The translations under genes were made by a program, and so were the position numbers. DNA of 60,647 nt from Deltaproteobacteria bacterium CG_4_9_14_3_um_filter_63_12. GTDB lineage: Bacteria > Myxococcota_A > Bradymonadia > UBA4248 > UM-FILTER-63-12. Of the stretch, positions 57,932-60,647 are shown one piece after another (the stretch's first letter is position 1; each line of letters starts with the position of its first letter). The stretch is from NCBI GenBank assembly GCA_002789955.1, contig PFUG01000519.1:1-60647 (forward strand), in the 5' to 3' direction. Below the pieces are notes generated by a model. That model had not been told where the DNA came from, made no database searches, and saw only the letters and a program-made list of their open reading frames with translations.

Positions 57932-60586
57932 CTACTCCGTGTGGACAATAGTCCTGACCTTCCCGGCCTCGACCTTGACCTTCTTGGTGGCGTCCACACC
58001 CTTCTCGACGTTGACCAACTTGACGGTGTAGTCGCCAGCTGGAAGGTCGACCTTTTTGGGCGTCATCCCGTAGTCCTTGCCATCGATGATGACGTTGGCG
58101 GGCGGCTTGCAGTTGATCCGCAGGATGCCTGGAGCGTTCGAGGCGGTCTTGTTCTCGTCCTTGGGGGGATCCTTGGGGGGATCCTTGGGCTTGTCTTTGG
58201 GCGGGTCCTTGACCTCGTCCTTCGGGGGAGCTTTGACTTCCTTCGGCTGATCCTTCTTCACGATGATCGTTGCGGGCTCTTTGACCTTGGTCGGGTGAGC
58301 GTCTTTCGCCACAATCTCGGGCGGCTCGACTTTGTCTTCTTTGCGCTTGAGCGTGATGAGCTCCGTCTCCGTCAGGCGATCCGCAGGGGGTTGCCATGTC
58401 TTGACGACGCTCTCGTAGCCGTTCTGAAAGACAGAGATCTCGAAGTTCTGGTCAACGGGAAGATCTTTGATGATGTCGGTCGTCTTCCCGCGCTTCAGCT
58501 CTCTTCCGGTCGAGATGCTCTTGATGATGAAGTTGGCGCCGTCTGGCTCGCTCTGCAGTGTCAGGGCGATGGCGCTGGGCTTGAGCTCGATCTGCAGCTG
58601 CACGATGGTGTTGGATGGGATGTCGATGTCCTGCGTGTCCGTCTTGTAGCCGTCTTTGGAGACCACCAATTTGTGGGACCCTGGAGAGAGGGCGCTGCGG
58701 ACAAACGGGCTCATCCCTTCGACGGGCACTCCGTCGACGGAAACCTTCACGCCAACGGGCTGTGTGGAGAGGCTGAAGCCCGTCCCGCCCGAGACCGGTG
58801 TGGTGTCGGTCAGCTTGACGACGATGTTGATGGGGTCCCCACCGTCCACGACGAAGATCCCCTCGTCCTCCGCGTACCCTTCGGCGATGATGCGGTAGTT
58901 GTGGTTCTTCGACGCGCTGATCTGCTCGATCGTGAAAGGAGGCGTCTGGTTCTTCGCGACGATCTCGTCATCGATCTCGATGGTCATTGGGACCTTGGGA
59001 TCGACGTTGAAGGTCACCGTCCCATACTCTGGTCCGCCCTTGAGCATCAGCCAGCCGACCAACACGCCAACAATTAGGAAGAGGATGACGAAGAAGGCGA
59101 TCAGCCCTGCTCGACTCTTCTTTGGCGCGTTGTGGGAGTGCTTCGGGACGGGCTTGACGTCTCCGACATCCCAATCCGAGCTCTTGCTCAGCGCAGCCGA
59201 CGGCTCTCGTGGCGGCGGCAGCTCGGCTTTGAACTTCTCCACGACCTCGAGCGCCCCCGACGACGAGCCGTTCGCCTTCGGTTTGGCGTAGACGATGTCG
59301 TCGTCTTCAGGGAGCTGGATGTTGTCGAGCTCGGCGAGCACGTCCTCTTTGCTCTGCATGGCTCGCGAGAAGACGTTCGTCTGGCTCTCCTCGTCGTCCC
59401 AGGACAACTCCCCCGGCGACGGCTCGGACGAACCCCGCCCGTTCTGGGCGTTGGCGCGCTCGAGATCCTCTTTCTTGAGGGTACGATAGTACTCGAGCTT
59501 CTTTTGCTCGAGACTGATCTCCGTTGCGAACGCGCTCTTCGTGTAACTCGCTAGGTCCTTGTTGGTGTAATACAGGCCCTGGTTGAACATGAACTTCTGA
59601 AGACCTTCCTGCATCTCGTGGGCGCTCTGGTAACGATCCGTGGGGTCACGGGTCAGCGCTTTCAAGACGATGTCTTCGAGCTCTTGGGGGATATGGGGGT
59701 TGAAGAGCGTCGGCGGGCTGAACTCGACCTTGCGGATCTTCTCTAGCGTCGAGAAGTCACTGGAGCCGAGGAAGAGCCGCTCCAAGGTCAACAATTCGTA
59801 GAGCACGATGCCTAGGGAGAAGACGTCGCTCCGTCGGTCGATTTTCCCACCCCGAACTTGCTCGGGGCTCATGTAGCTGAACTTGCCCTTGAGGATTCCG
59901 ACTTGGGTCGAGCTGCTCTTGCCGTGCGCCTTGGCGATGCCAAAGTCGATGAGCTTGCACTCCCCCTCGAAGCTGATCAGCACGTTCTGCGGGCTGACGT
60001 CGCGATGCACGATCCCCAGCTCGTTGCCCTGGGCGTCCCGCTTGTTGTGCGCGTAGTCCAGACCCTCACAGAGCTTCATGATGAGGTAGCTGACTTGAGC
60101 GATGCTCAGCTTCTCACCCAACTTGGAGGCGCGATCGAAGATCGCGCGCAGGTCTCGCCCTGGGATGTACTCCATGGCGATGAAGTAGTGCCCATCGACC
60201 TTTCCTAGGTCGAAGATCTGCGCGATGTGAGCGTGATTGAGCTGGCCAGCGATCTTCGCCTCGTCGATGAACATCGAGATGAACTCTTCGTCCTCGGCGA
60301 TCGACGGAAGAATCCGCTTCAACGCAACGATCCGCTCAAAGCCCTCCACCCCAAAGGTCTTCGCCTTGAAGACCTCGGCCATGCCGCCAGTGTTCACCTT
60401 CTCCAGCAAGTAATACTTACCGAAGGGCACTGGCTTGGGCAGGATACCCAGATCGTTTCCGCCACCGGGTTCTGACACTTGACCGAGATCCAAAGTCAAA
60501 CCTGCTATGGAGAGCTCCGCAGAGGGAGCCGGGGTCCTTTGTTGTTGGCCTCTCCTGCGTGCCAACGACCTGTTAGAGGTCGGCAC
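57932..60586 (-). CDS. Ser/Thr protein kinase with a TM segment and C-terminal PEGA-like domains.
   Basis: The kinase motifs are GGMAEVFKA, VALKRI, HRDVSPQNVLI, DFGIAK and SPEQ. A TM segment (LIAFFVILFLIVGVLVGWLML) follows, then repeated beta modules (e.g. GYKTDTQDIDI and the PEGA-type context AEGYAEDEG). The tail is KDPPKD-rich. The start codon is GTG. Confidence 0.9.
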   Translation of the reverse strand: MPTSNRSLARRRGQQQRTPAPSAELSIAGLTLDLGQVSEPGGGNDLGILPKPVPFGKYYLLEKVNTGGMAEVFKAKTFGVEGFERIVALKRILPSIAEDEEFISMFIDEAKIAGQLNHAHIAQIFDLGKVDGHYFIAMEYIPGRDLRAIFDRASKLGEKLSIAQVSYLIMKLCEGLDYAHNKRDAQGNELGIVHRDVSPQNVLISFEGECKLIDFGIAKAHGKSSSTQVGILKGKFSYMSPEQVRGGKIDRRSDVFSLGIVLYELLTLERLFLGSSDFSTLEKIRKVEFSPPTLFNPHIPQELEDIVLKALTRDPTDRYQSAHEMQEGLQKFMFNQGLYYTNKDLASYTKSAFATEISLEQKKLEYYRTLKKEDLERANAQNGRGSSEPSPGELSWDDEESQTNVFSRAMQSKEDVLAELDNIQLPEDDDIVYAKPKANGSSSGALEVVEKFKAELPPPREPSAALSKSSDWDVGDVKPVPKHSHNAPKKSRAGLIAFFVILFLIVGVLVGWLMLKGGPEYGTVTFNVDPKVPMTIEIDDEIVAKNQTPPFTIEQISASKNHNYRIIAEGYAEDEGIFVVDGGDPINIVVKLTDTTPVSGGTGFSLSTQPVGVKVSVDGVPVEGMSPFVRSALSPGSHKLVVSKDGYKTDTQDIDIPSNTIVQLQIELKPSAIALTLQSEPDGANFIIKSISTGRELKRGKTTDIIKDLPVDQNFEISVFQNGYESVVKTWQPPADRLTETELITLKRKEDKVEPPEIVAKDAHPTKVKEPATIIVKKDQPKEVKAPPKDEVKDPPKDKPKDPPKDPPKDENKTASNAPGILRINCKPPANVIIDGKDYGMTPKKVDLPAGDYTVKLVNVEKGVDATKKVKVEAGKVRTIVHTE

Positions 60587-60647
60587 GCAAACATGGCCTT
60601 GGAAGCACGAATACTAACCCGCCCAGACAGACTGATCAAGCTAAGCA

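Overview
This is a high-GC, densely coding chromosomal window of about 40 genes. The gene content suggests a Myxococcota- or Bradymonadia-like deltaproteobacterium: an AgmX/PglI-type tail domain, a PEGA-domain Ser/Thr kinase, many lipoproteins, and TPR/vWA giants. I found no rRNA, tRNA, CRISPR array, transposase or integrase.

Gene order, left to right:
1. A frameshifted partial paralog of a two-domain AAA+ ATPase (1-870), followed by two REP-like double hairpins.
2. A translationally coupled minus-strand trio (1303-4488): predicted outer-membrane beta-barrel, 13-heme c-type cytochrome, and an LptE-like lipoprotein.
3. A lone pseudopilin and an M61/PDZ peptidase.
4. A long minus-strand run (7.4-20.3 kb): an orphan CsoS1D/CcmP-type BMC-T shell protein, then a 7-gene MoxR/DUF58/BatA-E-like vWA operon, then a YbjN-like gene and pspA. 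The operon includes a 1147-aa BatB+BatC fusion with three PPC-like modules.
5. An AgmX/PglI-tail protein.
6. A housekeeping block: tilS-ftsH-folP-cdaA-cdaR-glmM-nnr.
7. An accessory-looking region (33.4-42 kb): a KE-rich calpain-like protein with its catalytic Cys replaced, a beta-helix protein, a Pvc15/Afp15-like AAA+ ATPase, and a 1361-aa VIT-vWA-TPR protein.
8. A rhodanese-first E1-like enzyme.
9. A WD40 lipoprotein, a second lipoprotein, and a 1127-aa lipoprotein with three large internal repeats.
10. A zinc-ribbon STAND/TPR NTPase.
11. Hypothetical proteins, a CheY-like receiver, and a PEGA Ser/Thr kinase.

The most interesting candidates are the orphan BMC-T next to the MoxR/vWA operon, the barrel-cytochrome-LptE-like trio, and the pseudo-calpain / beta-helix / AAA+ module. 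All functional calls come from motif recognition by eye. None has been checked against a database.
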